Virus record (IMG/VR): IMGVR_UViG_3300018080_000112
Location: 79,942 to 143,941 of that record
Length of the DNA stretch: 64,000 nt
Direction: 5' to 3' (one strand)
From: a virus
The notes below the pieces were generated by a model that worked only from the letters and a program-made list of their open reading frames with translations, was not told the origin of the DNA and ran no database searches. Of this stretch, positions 27,363 to 36,783 are shown one piece after another (within the stretch, counting starts at the first letter, position 1; every line of letters starts with the position of its first letter). The position numbers and the translations under genes are program-made.

Positions 27363-28625
27363 TCAATCAAAAGCGCGTTGAACCAATCCTTCCAGCGTCC
27401 CCCGCTCCTCTTGTGGAGAGCGATTGATAAAACAGAACTTGGCGGACTTCTGAGGGTTACCCCAGATACAGAACTTTTCCGCCCAATTGATCGCATCCCG
27501 TGTTGAGAGAGGAGCGGACAACTGACCGTTGACAAACGCTTCACGAACCGCATTGATCGCCTTGATGATTGCTTCCGCTTCCCATTCTTCAATGTCGCCA
27601 CCGAAACGGTTCATCAGGATCTTTTGCTCTTGTTTTGCATCCAGGTAATCGAGAATGACGGTCATAGCGAACCGGTTGATCTGTGCGTAGTTTTGGATAC
27701 GAGTCCCTTGCGAGTAGAGACCCGTATCGTCCCCCATTCCGGCGGTGTTCGCCGTAGCGATGATGGTGTTCTCAGGATGTAAAGAGATCAGCTTTTCGCC
27801 TTCTTCCATGATAAGGAGTTGGCTGTTCTTCTCCAGCGGTCGCTGTAGAACAAAGCTCACCTCTTCGCCAATCGTGTCCCACTCATCCAGGAGAACCACC
27901 GTGCCAGGGAGAGCCATCGCTCTCGGCAAGATACCATAACAGAACTCCATTTCACGCTTCTCGCCTTCACCCTTGACCACATAGTGACCGATCAAATCAG
28001 CCCGTGTGATAGCTGAATCGAAGTTGATACGGACAAAGTTAAGGTTGAGACGAGCACAGATTTGTTCGATGATGCTGGTCTTTCCGCTCCCTGTTGGACC
28101 GTAGACCAAGACCTTGTCCTTCAGATGCAGACCGAGAAGCACGACCTGTGTCGCTTCCGGGTCGAACACGTAATCAGGATCAATGGGAGGAGTCAGAGGA
28201 CCCGGTGTCTTGTAGCCGGTGACCATCTTGTCTCGCTTCTCCGCCTTTTTCGCCTTGGGGTTCCACAAGAAATCGAAGGTTTTCTTGACGGAGAACAGCT
28301 TTTTCTCGCGCTCCTCATAGACAAGAGAGCCGACCGAACCAGAGTTGACACCCTTGACCGGGAAACCGGGAAAACGGGTCTCGTAATCCTCCGCAGTGGT
28401 CTTGTGCTCCTTCTTTAGATGATCTGTGAGATCACGAAAAGCTTGACCACAGAGCCGACAGATGGCTTGACCCGCGCTGTTATACTTTGCTTCCAGCCCG
28501 GAGATTTTGAGACCCTTGATCTGTAGTTCGTCAACGCTGCCTGTTGGTTCGGTTGATTCTTCCGCCGTCAACTCCAGAACAGGTTCGGTGGTGGTTTCGG
28601 TGGTAGGTTCTTCTTTTGTGGACAT
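27363..28625 (-). CDS. CobS/MoxR-type AAA+ ATPase with N-terminal C2H2 (Ros/MucR-like) zinc finger
   Basis: GPTGSGKT, LLDEWD, ATANT, NRF, STRD; CRLC...HLKKEH; AGGAG RBS before ATG 28625. Confidence 0.88.
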   Translation of the reverse strand: MSTKEEPTTETTTEPVLELTAEESTEPTGSVDELQIKGLKISGLEAKYNSAGQAICRLCGQAFRDLTDHLKKEHKTTAEDYETRFPGFPVKGVNSGSVGSLVYEEREKKLFSVKKTFDFLWNPKAKKAEKRDKMVTGYKTPGPLTPPIDPDYVFDPEATQVVLLGLHLKDKVLVYGPTGSGKTSIIEQICARLNLNFVRINFDSAITRADLIGHYVVKGEGEKREMEFCYGILPRAMALPGTVVLLDEWDTIGEEVSFVLQRPLEKNSQLLIMEEGEKLISLHPENTIIATANTAGMGDDTGLYSQGTRIQNYAQINRFAMTVILDYLDAKQEQKILMNRFGGDIEEWEAEAIIKAINAVREAFVNGQLSAPLSTRDAINWAEKFCIWGNPQKSAKFCFINRSPQEERGTLEGLVQRAFD

Positions 28626-28734
28626 GGCAAAAACTCCTTGCTTTCGTTTAACATGCAACCGAGAACTCTCTCAGCGCACAAATAAAATCTCTCGAAAAAA
28701 GTGAGGGCTAGACTTTTTTCTGACTCACTTCTTT

Positions 28735-28764
28735 TAGGGACACACATTAGACCAAAGTGACACC
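28735..28764 (-). promoter_or_regulatory. phage-specific promoter (copy 7)
   Basis: GGT GTCACTTTGGTCTAATG TGTGTCCCTA. Confidence 0.7.
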
Positions 28765-28798
28765 ATTTTTTCTTTCGCTTGTTGAAAAAAAGAACACA

Positions 28799-29236
28799 TT
28801 ACTTGCGCCCACTGCGAGAAAACAAGCCAAGAACATCACTGAATCCTATCGTGTCTGACTCCGCCGCTTCTTTCTCTTTCTGTTCCTGATACTCTTCCAT
28901 AGCCTCTTGCATCTTCTGTATATCCTGCAAGCGCTTTTTGAGCCGGTCCAGATAATCCATGCGATGAATCAACTCCACACGGAGCGGGTCGCCCTTTCTC
29001 ATCTCCCGGATGTTCTGTCGTAGCTCATCCATGGTAATTCCGCTCCAGTGATCATCAATCAACTGGTGCAACTTTTCATCCATTCGAATCGCAAGCGTCT
29101 CCAGATCCGCCTTGCTCATACCACAGAAACACCGATTAATCTGGTCAGAATGCAGATTGCACATATCCACAGAACGCAAACGAAACGCCGCTTGTTGCAT
29201 GTAAGCCGCACCGCATATCGGACATATTGTAACCAT
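28799..29236 (-). CDS. hypothetical protein (N-terminal CPIC..CxxH, coiled coil)
   Basis: ORF abutting its upstream neighbour. Confidence 0.65.
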   Translation of the reverse strand: MVTICPICGAAYMQQAAFRLRSVDMCNLHSDQINRCFCGMSKADLETLAIRMDEKLHQLIDDHWSGITMDELRQNIREMRKGDPLRVELIHRMDYLDRLKKRLQDIQKMQEAMEEYQEQKEKEAAESDTIGFSDVLGLFSRSGRK

Positions 29237-29237
29237 C

Positions 29238-29555
29238 TTACTTCTCCGTTCCCCTGAACTTTTCCGCCTCCTGTGGTGTCTTAGGAAACCCCAACAAAAG
29301 AAGGTTCACTTCCTCCTTTGTCTCGATTGTCAACAAGTGGTCCCTTATCCGCTGCAGCAAATCAAACCAGGAAGGAAGGTCGAGCGAAGCTGTTACTGTA
29401 ATGGTCAAAAGAAGGATGTTCATCACCGTGGGGTGGTCTTCTGGTTTGTGGCTCTTCAAGATATCATCCACCACAGAGAAGGAGCCAGCCAAGAGTAGCT
29501 CATCTACGGCGTCAAACACTTCGTCAATTTCGTCATCTGTGACGGTCATACTCAT
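29238..29555 (-). CDS. hypothetical protein
   Basis: ATGA-coupled ORF. Confidence 0.65.
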   Translation of the reverse strand: MSMTVTDDEIDEVFDAVDELLLAGSFSVVDDILKSHKPEDHPTVMNILLLTITVTASLDLPSWFDLLQRIRDHLLTIETKEEVNLLLLGFPKTPQEAEKFRGTEK

Positions 29556-29800
29556 GGTGTTGACTCCACCGCATCTTTTTTCTTGTTGTGTTTCTCTCGA
29601 AGCTTTGCAGTGTGCTCGCGGTTTCTTTGTGCTACCGCTTCACTAAGCTCGAAACTGATTGACCGAATCTCTTCCCAGAGCGCCGTATCATCCAGAATTT
29701 CCTTCCTATCCATCCCCTTGTAACCAGGGGAAGCGGAACAATAACCGGCATGCAAAAACGACGATAGATCCCCATGTGCGGCGGCGCTAATAATTCTCAT
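29552..29800 (-). CDS. hypothetical protein
   Basis: GGAG RBS, coupled to next ORF. Confidence 0.6.
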   Translation of the reverse strand: MRIISAAAHGDLSSFLHAGYCSASPGYKGMDRKEILDDTALWEEIRSISFELSEAVAQRNREHTAKLREKHNKKKDAVESTP

Positions 29801-29816
29801 TGAACTTCTCCAAAAG

Positions 29817-29829
29817 GTTAGGTCCTAAC
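29817..29829. repeat. 13-bp palindrome (copy 5), supplies the primase TAA
   Basis: GTTAGGTCCTAAC. Confidence 0.9.
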
Positions 29830-30903
29830 CGTACTGTATCCCGAAATCCGAACGTTGATCAAGAGAGCAACTTCCTCTTTACTCTCTACATACACCGATT
29901 CATCGATGTAGTTACGAGTCTTCTCTGTTCCAATCTCATCCGGGTCTCCACCAGAGAGACAAGCAATCTTCACAGAGTCGAAACGTCCTAGCAAATAACT
30001 TGCGGCGGTCAAAAGGGGAGGTCTCCCATAACCACCCGTCTTCTTGCCCCCGAACCGACCTTTCGCCTCCAACCGCTTCTTTACAGGGTTGGGGACCTTC
30101 CAGCTATCCGGGTCATAACACAAGACCACCTTGCGAACACCGTACTCTTTCAACAAATTAATCTGAGCTTGGCTGATCTTGTTTCCGAATGTAGCCACGG
30201 CATCTTCACCCGTTTTCAGCGCAGAAAAGACACCTTCGCAGATGATAACCTCATCGAAAGAAGACGCCTTGTCAATGTTGAACAAACAATTGGCTCCTGA
30301 ATAGCCAGCCGGGGTCAAGTAGCGGAGTTGGTGTGTTCCACTTGTGTCTCTTGCTTGCCAGAATACCAGCTTGTTACGTTGCCAAACAGGGAGAATAAGG
30401 CGACCGGAGTACTTTCCGAATACACAACCACCAAATTTCATCTCCAGCATGGTATTCCAGTTTATACCGCGATTAAGAGCATATCGGTTCACCGTGGGTA
30501 TCCGGGGGTCTCCTAGTGGGATGAAGTTTTCTGGTAATTCCAACGCTTTCTTGCTCACCTGAATTCGACCGTGACTCGTGCGTACAAAGGTTTGAGTACC
30601 GTCCATCAGCGCAAGCTGTTTCTTAACGTAATCCTCAAAGGAATCATCCCCTGGTATCGCGTTGTATTCCCCCATCACCTTGAACAACTTCATTCCCCGA
30701 ACACCCGTCAGATATTGCAACAACTCCTCTCTGTCGGGTGACCACTGACAACGATGACAGTAGTACAGATCGTCCGTTACGGTAATCCACAACTTTTCAT
30801 ATCCGCCACAGTACGGACAATCAATCTTGATTTGCTTATCATCGACCGTAACCGCCTTGTAACCGATCTTTCTTTCATGGAGGAACCGCAACATGTCAAA
30901 CAT
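29818..30903 (-). CDS. DNA primase (Zn finger + TOPRIM)
   Basis: CPYC..CHRC, GRLILP, WQAR, ICEG, YDPD, GDPDE. Confidence 0.88.
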   Translation of the reverse strand: MFDMLRFLHERKIGYKAVTVDDKQIKIDCPYCGGYEKLWITVTDDLYYCHRCQWSPDREELLQYLTGVRGMKLFKVMGEYNAIPGDDSFEDYVKKQLALMDGTQTFVRTSHGRIQVSKKALELPENFIPLGDPRIPTVNRYALNRGINWNTMLEMKFGGCVFGKYSGRLILPVWQRNKLVFWQARDTSGTHQLRYLTPAGYSGANCLFNIDKASSFDEVIICEGVFSALKTGEDAVATFGNKISQAQINLLKEYGVRKVVLCYDPDSWKVPNPVKKRLEAKGRFGGKKTGGYGRPPLLTAASYLLGRFDSVKIACLSGGDPDEIGTEKTRNYIDESVYVESKEEVALLINVRISGYSTVRT

Positions 30904-30912
30904 AGGTCCCCC

Positions 30913-31383
30913 TCACCAGCTATCCGCTGTTCGTTCCAAACCGACCTTGTTCAAATCTTCCTCCGAAAAAGCTCGAAGCGGCGTGCGCCCTGAAATAACC
31001 AGAATCCCCACATCCATCTTGTGGCGGTCACAAACCGCTTTGATGAAATCTCGAAACCCTTCCCGTTCTACAGGGTCCATATTCGTGTCCAGAACATTAA
31101 TCGCGATCACTTTTGTACCTTCCGGAACAGTTGTCACTTCATGTTCCAGGTCCCGAACCTTCTCCGCCAGCTTGGGATCAATAATCTCCCCCTTGAAAGA
31201 CAACTGCGCTGACTTTCTCTCCTTCAACAACTTGATCTCCAACTGAAGAGCCGCCAATTCAGATGCTGCGTTACGAACCAGCGTTCGCCAACTCTTGCGC
31301 ACCGGTTCTGTGGAGACCTCCTCAAAGCGCTTGTCTGACAACATACGCTCACAAGCTCGAATCAATCCTTTTATTCCCATCAT
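30913..31383 (-). CDS. hypothetical protein
   Basis: Between helicase and primase. Confidence 0.65.
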   Translation of the reverse strand: MMGIKGLIRACERMLSDKRFEEVSTEPVRKSWRTLVRNAASELAALQLEIKLLKERKSAQLSFKGEIIDPKLAEKVRDLEHEVTTVPEGTKVIAINVLDTNMDPVEREGFRDFIKAVCDRHKMDVGILVISGRTPLRAFSEEDLNKVGLERTADSW

Positions 31384-31392
31384 GCTGATCCC

Positions 31393-32718
31393 CTATCCCG
31401 CGAGCGGATGGCGAACAAGACACATCTTCGCCATGTCCGTCTTCAACGGTCCAATCGTCACCTTCGCAATACCATCCCTGTTCTTGTCCACCCGCAAAAT
31501 GACCTCGTGCTTCTCTCGTAACTCATCATTCATCGTAATCGTGATGATGTAGTCACAAATCCCCAGAGAATCCCAAGAACCCGCTACATGGGTTCCAGTC
31601 ACCACCTTTGCAGTCGCGCCCTTCTTATTCGTCTGTGACGCCGTCCATCCAACTGCGTTCTTGTCCACACACAACCCACGAAACTCTTCCAGGATCTCTT
31701 GAAGTTCAATGTGTCGTTGTTCTCGTGGTGTGGTCGGTTTAACAATCGCCGCATAGTCCAGGACAATCAGGTTCGGTCGCCAGCGCTCCTTTCGCTCTAA
31801 CAGGTCAAGAGACGCTCGCATATCATCAATTGTGGCTCCTTTTGTTGGATAGCGCTTGATCCATAACCGGCGACCAAATCGCCGCGCCATCTTCTGCATC
31901 TCACCCAAAACAAGATCTGTTTTCGGTCTCAGATGGCTCATATCAGTTCCAGTGAAACCAGCATCCATCCGATCCGCATTCTTCTCCGCACTCATCTCAA
32001 ACGAAAAAAGGGCTGTGTTTGCACCAGACCAGATCCCGCGCCTTGCAATCTGACCTAGCGCCACAGATTTCCCGCCGTTTGTCGGAGCGATGAACAGACC
32101 AATCTCACCCGGACACACACCGCCGTATCGTAAGAGCCGATCAAGCTCAGGAATGCCAGTAGGGAGAACACCCGTCAAATCATCATCATCATCCGCTCTA
32201 CGGCGTATCCTCTCGTCAACCGTCTCAAAGTACCAAAGACCACCCGCTTCTGTCGTGGTGATGACAGAATCCGCCTTCTTGACGATCTTTGAGATCTCCA
32301 GAAACTTCCCTTGTTGAATCCGGGGAAGGATCTCTGTGACCGCCTCGCGCCACCCTTGAGCTTGCGCGAAACCAGCCACCACATCGGTTGTGTATTCTTT
32401 GCTGTATGGAATCTCATCGAAAGAGCTATTTACAAGCTCAGCCAGCGAGGTTTCGATACCGCTTCCACTCCACACCTTCTCTACTTCGTTAAGTACTTGT
32501 GCTTTGCGTGGTAGAAGCTTGTAGGTCGAAAAAAAGCGGAGGACGATACTGGAAAGCGCTCGTTTCTCTGGGGTCGCAAAATACCCCGGCTTGACCCAAC
32601 GAACAGCCGCATCTGCAAAATCATGATCTTGCACCATCAGGCGCAAAATATCCTCTTGCGTCTCATTATCAAATGTGTACTTAGGTTCTGGTTTCTCTTC
32701 CTTCGGTTTGCCCGTCAT
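31393..32718 (-). CDS. DnaB/gp41-type replicative helicase
   Basis: APTNGGKS, SFEM, VLDYA, WTASQTN, KNRDG; GGAG RBS before ATG 32718. Confidence 0.9.
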   Translation of the reverse strand: MTGKPKEEKPEPKYTFDNETQEDILRLMVQDHDFADAAVRWVKPGYFATPEKRALSSIVLRFFSTYKLLPRKAQVLNEVEKVWSGSGIETSLAELVNSSFDEIPYSKEYTTDVVAGFAQAQGWREAVTEILPRIQQGKFLEISKIVKKADSVITTTEAGGLWYFETVDERIRRRADDDDDLTGVLPTGIPELDRLLRYGGVCPGEIGLFIAPTNGGKSVALGQIARRGIWSGANTALFSFEMSAEKNADRMDAGFTGTDMSHLRPKTDLVLGEMQKMARRFGRRLWIKRYPTKGATIDDMRASLDLLERKERWRPNLIVLDYAAIVKPTTPREQRHIELQEILEEFRGLCVDKNAVGWTASQTNKKGATAKVVTGTHVAGSWDSLGICDYIITITMNDELREKHEVILRVDKNRDGIAKVTIGPLKTDMAKMCLVRHPLAG

Positions 32719-32779
32719 CTTTGTTCTCCCCTGAACAAGTTGAAAGTTTGTCTGATTGTCTCTTGTTGTACCAGCACAC

Positions 32780-32925
32780 AAAAAACCACCAAACAGGAAA
32801 GGTCAACACGCCGATAGAAAACAAGCTCATCGCCGCTGTTTTCTTTGTCATATCAAAAAGGGTTGACCAAAATAGTTTTCCGCACCGAACAACTTGCCGC
32901 GACAGCGGTCGTTCCTTGGCGGTGT
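32780..32925 (-). ncRNA. candidate structured cis-regulatory RNA upstream of the helicase
   Basis: Four complementary pairings found by eye, closed by a U-tract. Confidence 0.4.
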
Positions 32926-32973
32926 TTCTCTGCGAATAAAAAGAGTACATTCGTCACTCCCCTGACCTGTACT

Positions 32974-33183
32974 TCACCAGTCGGAATTCTCTTCTCGCTT
33001 CTTGATCGAAGAATGCAAGCGCTTCCGTTTGCTGTTTCCTCGAATCTGATTCGGTGGAATTCCCAAAAGCTGACACGCGGTGTCTCTATCCAACACACCC
33101 AAACGCTTCAACTCCAGAATCTTGTCTTCATCGAACTCAAGATCATTCGCGAACCGTTTTGTTTGCAACTCATAAAAAACCAT
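32974..33183 (-). CDS. 69-aa protein carrying the shared C-terminal tag (KRKRLHSSIKKREENSDW)
   Basis: AAGGA RBS; directly downstream of promoter copy 8. Confidence 0.7.
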   Translation of the reverse strand: MVFYELQTKRFANDLEFDEDKILELKRLGVLDRDTACQLLGIPPNQIRGNSKRKRLHSSIKKREENSDW

Positions 33184-33221
33184 TTGTTTACTGTCCTTCT
33201 ATTACTCAAAACTACTATCTA

Positions 33222-33251
33222 TAGAGACACACATTTCTCCAAAAATACACC
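33222..33251 (-). promoter_or_regulatory. phage-specific promoter (copy 8)
   Basis: GGT GTATTTTTGGAGAAATG TGTGTCTCTA. Confidence 0.75.
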
Positions 33252-33305
33252 AGTAGAAGATAAACAATCAAACAATTAAAAGAAATGAGTAAGGAAAAGG
33301 AGGGA

Positions 33306-33641
33306 TTATCGACCGGCGCAGATACGGTAAGAAGTGCCCAGAATCATCTCCATATCACAACGGTCACAACCATGCGACCGTACCGTATTTCCAGGATAAT
33401 GAAGCGCGTCATGAGACCACCCTTGGAGTGTCGCCAACCTCTTTGCGGAACTCGTAGACGAAAGAGATACAATATCCGGCTCAACCACTGCGATGTGTTT
33501 ATATCCGACCATGCTCCGATACAACAACTCTATCGTAATTCTCTCGTGCTTTGTAAGATCATCCACTTCGTACTTCTCTCCCTCTGTAAAGACAAAGAGA
33601 GTTTGACGCATAAGCTCTCGGGTCCACTTTGGAGGAGACAT
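33306..33641 (-). CDS. hypothetical protein
   Basis: ATG 33641 with AGGAG RBS. Confidence 0.55.
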   Translation of the reverse strand: MSPPKWTRELMRQTLFVFTEGEKYEVDDLTKHERITIELLYRSMVGYKHIAVVEPDIVSLSSTSSAKRLATLQGWSHDALHYPGNTVRSHGCDRCDMEMILGTSYRICAGR

Positions 33642-33649
33642 TTCGGCTC

Positions 33650-34411
33650 CTATAAGCTTCGAAGATCCGCTTTGATCGCCATGTTGCCAGGTTGTTGCTC
33701 TCCGATCACCTTCACTGTGAGTTCGTAGCCCCACCAACGCACGGTCCCGTGGGGAAACATTGTACGACGCATCTCCGCCGCTGCCTTGTCATCCTGAACA
33801 TACACGTACAGCGCACCCGGTTCATTGGGCTTGTCCGCAACACCGACCGTGAAAGAACCAGGGGACCATCCCTTTTCTGTTTCGATGTACTGATGAAGGT
33901 CCACACACGCATCTGATAACCCCGTGTTTTCCACAGGTTGTGATACAGGAGCGGACTTCACTTGAAGCATGAGATCACCGAACATATCAACGGCTTGACC
34001 CAAAACATCCGCGACCTCTTCCTGTTCCGCCCCCTCCCGGACCATCTTCAAGGCTTGTTGCAGTGTGTAATCCACGTCCGCCTCGTTAGGAGCCGCAAAG
34101 GAGAGAAATTCATGAATCCAGTACTCCGCAGACTCGTGGTCCGCTGCAACCTCAGAAGCAAAGTTGACCAACGCCCACTTGAGTGTCTTCATCCACCGCA
34201 CAGCGGTCTTGATAAACTCCGCCGCTGCAGGGGAGTTCGAACACGTGGTTGGTAGCTTCGAGACAATATCTTGCGCTTCGTACTCACAAGCCTTCAAAAA
34301 AGCGACAGCACTATCCGGGCTGAGCAATTCATTGGACAGATCTCCAGCTTGTGTTTGAGGCTCATCCTGTGATTCCATTTCTCTTTTCGCGTCCGTTGCC
34401 ATATCTGACAT
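33650..34411 (-). CDS. hypothetical protein
   Basis: ATG 34411 with AAGGAG RBS. Confidence 0.65.
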   Translation of the reverse strand: MSDMATDAKREMESQDEPQTQAGDLSNELLSPDSAVAFLKACEYEAQDIVSKLPTTCSNSPAAAEFIKTAVRWMKTLKWALVNFASEVAADHESAEYWIHEFLSFAAPNEADVDYTLQQALKMVREGAEQEEVADVLGQAVDMFGDLMLQVKSAPVSQPVENTGLSDACVDLHQYIETEKGWSPGSFTVGVADKPNEPGALYVYVQDDKAAAEMRRTMFPHGTVRWWGYELTVKVIGEQQPGNMAIKADLRSL

Positions 34412-34467
34412 TTTTGTGTCTCCTTCTTTCAGTGGCACAGTGCGCCACAAACGAATGTGAAAGTGTT

Positions 34468-35184
34468 TCATGTCTGGTACATATTGCGCCAGACTTCCCT
34501 TGTTTTCTTGAACTCCAATGAGAACGCTTCACTATCATCCGGGTCACCACAAAGAGACCACACCTCTTCTTCGCTTCCCAGATTCTTAATCATTTGCTTG
34601 AGTAGCTTCCCGTCATACTCCAGCAAAAACTCTCGGTCACTCTCCGTGGGATCGATGCGCTTGTCACAAGCACCAGGATGAACAGAAAACGCAGGTTCAT
34701 CCCCTTCCTCCTTCATCTTCTTCCACCACGTATAACGACGCACCGCCCACATGCTTGCAAGCTGGCTGAAGGTAGGAGCCTCTTGTTTATGGTCATTGAT
34801 CCAGTAGAACTGTGCCTCCAGATAGTCTTGAAAGGTCGCGTCAACCATCTCAGCTTGCGCCACAGCACGACAAAGACAACCCATGATCGATTTGTTTGTT
34901 TCCATCTTTCGGCGCATATTCATCTCGTAGGGTCTGCGATAATAGCGAGCGTACAACTTCGCATAAATCGAACCCATCTGATCAGCCTTCTGGTACTTCA
35001 CCCGGCTGGCATCATCAAGGGGCAAAAGACGCTTGCCACAGACCTGGCGAACCATTTCCTCTCTGTCCTGAGAACGACCGCGCCGCGCCTTCTTACTGCG
35101 CCGATAATGCTTCTCCTGGTCTCGCTTGACAACCACCATTGGTTCAGGAGCCTGTCGCGGTGGTTTGCCGACATTACTCATCAT
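34468..35184 (-). CDS. hypothetical replication-cluster protein
   Basis: Likely start MMSNVGKP overlapping the upstream stop; YLEAQFYW segment. Confidence 0.65.
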   Translation of the reverse strand: MMSNVGKPPRQAPEPMVVVKRDQEKHYRRSKKARRGRSQDREEMVRQVCGKRLLPLDDASRVKYQKADQMGSIYAKLYARYYRRPYEMNMRRKMETNKSIMGCLCRAVAQAEMVDATFQDYLEAQFYWINDHKQEAPTFSQLASMWAVRRYTWWKKMKEEGDEPAFSVHPGACDKRIDPTESDREFLLEYDGKLLKQMIKNLGSEEEVWSLCGDPDDSEAFSLEFKKTREVWRNMYQT

Positions 35185-35590
35185 TCGCCGCCGCCTCTTT
35201 CTCTTTGTCAGTAGACAGCGCCTCTCGGTCATACAGTTCCTCTTGTAGCGGAACCATAAAGTGAGGCATCGCCAGCAAAAAGAACTCCACATCATCAATC
35301 TGGATAAAGAACCCGTACATGGAACAACGAAACTGTTCGACACCGGCGGTCTCATACCAGTACGGGTCCTCTTTCAAGCGCTTCATACCGCGAAGAAGAC
35401 CAGACTGCGAGACCATCATCTTCGCCACAAACGCCGCCATTCCGAACTCCCCAAGAGCGTCTGCGCCGGACCTCATAATCTCTTTGACGCCTTCTTCTGT
35501 CTCCAGCTTCCGTTTTAGCTCTTCCTCTGTCATGGTCGAATCCTTCAACTCGATGTTAGGACCTAACCCTTCTTTTTCAGCCATCACCAT
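35174..35590 (-). CDS. hypothetical protein
   Basis: Overlaps both neighbours. Confidence 0.65.
   Translation of the reverse strand: MVMAEKEGLGPNIELKDSTMTEEELKRKLETEEGVKEIMRSGADALGEFGMAAFVAKMMVSQSGLLRGMKRLKEDPYWYETAGVEQFRCSMYGFFIQIDDVEFFLLAMPHFMVPLQEELYDREALSTDKEKEAAANDE
35555..35567. repeat. 13-bp palindrome (copy 6), 16 nt after the J-domain gene stop and inside the next ORF
   Basis: GTTAGGACCTAAC. Confidence 0.9.
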
Positions 35591-36060
35591 CCCCTTTCCT
35601 GAAATATTGCATCCCTTGCTTCTGTCAGCTTTTTCGCCGTTTCTTCATCACCACCGTGGTCCGGGTGATGTTTGCGCATCAGCGCGGTGTACGCCGCCTT
35701 AATCACCTCTTTTGGCGCGTCCTGGTTCACATACAAAACAGAATAAAAGTCATCAGAGACAGATGGAATTGACACACCGGGAGAACGAAAACTCGGGTCT
35801 TGCTGGTGTGGTTTCCCTTGCGCACGGTCAAAAGGAGACTCATATCGAACAGCCCACGAAGCATAAATGAATCGAGACTCAATTTCCCTTTTCAACGACC
35901 GGTGAAAATACCACAGCTTCAACTCCGAGTCATACCGTCTCTTTTTCGGTTCTTGTCGGAGCGCCCACGAGGACCAAATCGGTGCGCCTGGTATCGGGAC
36001 TGACACAGCCAACCACCCCGCTTTACCAGGAGCATCCCAGATGTAACCGATCAAGCTCAC
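35584..36060 (-). CDS. J-domain (Hsp40-like) protein with C-terminal J-domain
   Basis: DFYSVL...EVIKAAY..L.RKHHPD. Confidence 0.85.
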   Translation of the reverse strand: MSLIGYIWDAPGKAGWLAVSVPIPGAPIWSSWALRQEPKKRRYDSELKLWYFHRSLKREIESRFIYASWAVRYESPFDRAQGKPHQQDPSFRSPGVSIPSVSDDFYSVLYVNQDAPKEVIKAAYTALMRKHHPDHGGDEETAKKLTEARDAIFQERGW

Positions 36061-36063
36061 CGC

Positions 36064-36771
36064 TTACTCTCCTTCTTTGTCATGCACCTGAATTGTACCG
36101 CCGTGACCAACCGTCAGAGTCCGGCGAACACCAGCGTCTGCGTTCTGTTGTGGTGGTCCCTCTTGTGGGGGTGCCCCTTGCGGCGATTCGATCAAGGACA
36201 TCTGATTCTCCGGAGTTTGACTCTCTTGTTCTGTGGTCGCCACGGGCGCTCTTGCTGGTGTGCGGTCTGCAATCTTCGGTGTAGCCGCCTTCTTCGTGGA
36301 CTTCTTTGGAGACTTTCGTTTCTTTGCGGGTGCCTTCACTGGTTCCGGTGGTGGTTCTTGACGCAACACCACACCCGCCGGAAGATTAATCCGCTTCAAG
36401 AACAAGCTTCCATCCTCCAGCATGCGACAAATGAAGGTCTCAGGTACTTCAAAAGAGATATCACCGGTCTCTTTCAGAAAGTGTAACGTGTCAACCCATC
36501 CATCAACCATCCGTTGTGCTTCGGCTTGTGGGATCTCGATCAAACCACCAAATCCGGGGTTCAACACAGCGCGATCAACAGCCGCAAACAAGTTGGTCAA
36601 CTCGTTGCCTATGCCTGTCCTGACTTGGTCGTCTATCGCCTCCGTGGACGCTCTGAGCATAGAAGAAAGATCCGCTGAGACCTCTTCCAAAGCTTCCGCA
36701 TTTTCCTCATCAAACATTTGGGTCTGTTTTTCGTTCGCCGTTCTATGATTGTTGTCACTACCCTTGGTCAT
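36064..36771 (-). CDS. hypothetical protein
   Basis: 235-aa ORF, K/P/A-rich tail. Confidence 0.65.
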   Translation of the reverse strand: MTKGSDNNHRTANEKQTQMFDEENAEALEEVSADLSSMLRASTEAIDDQVRTGIGNELTNLFAAVDRAVLNPGFGGLIEIPQAEAQRMVDGWVDTLHFLKETGDISFEVPETFICRMLEDGSLFLKRINLPAGVVLRQEPPPEPVKAPAKKRKSPKKSTKKAATPKIADRTPARAPVATTEQESQTPENQMSLIESPQGAPPQEGPPQQNADAGVRRTLTVGHGGTIQVHDKEGE

Positions 36772-36783
36772 CCTCTGAACTCC

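Noticed and set aside
25318-28625. Cobalamin biosynthesis pathway from CobS/CobT
   Set aside because: No CobN or other cob genes; MoxR-vWA pairs are common chaperone-like modules in large phages.
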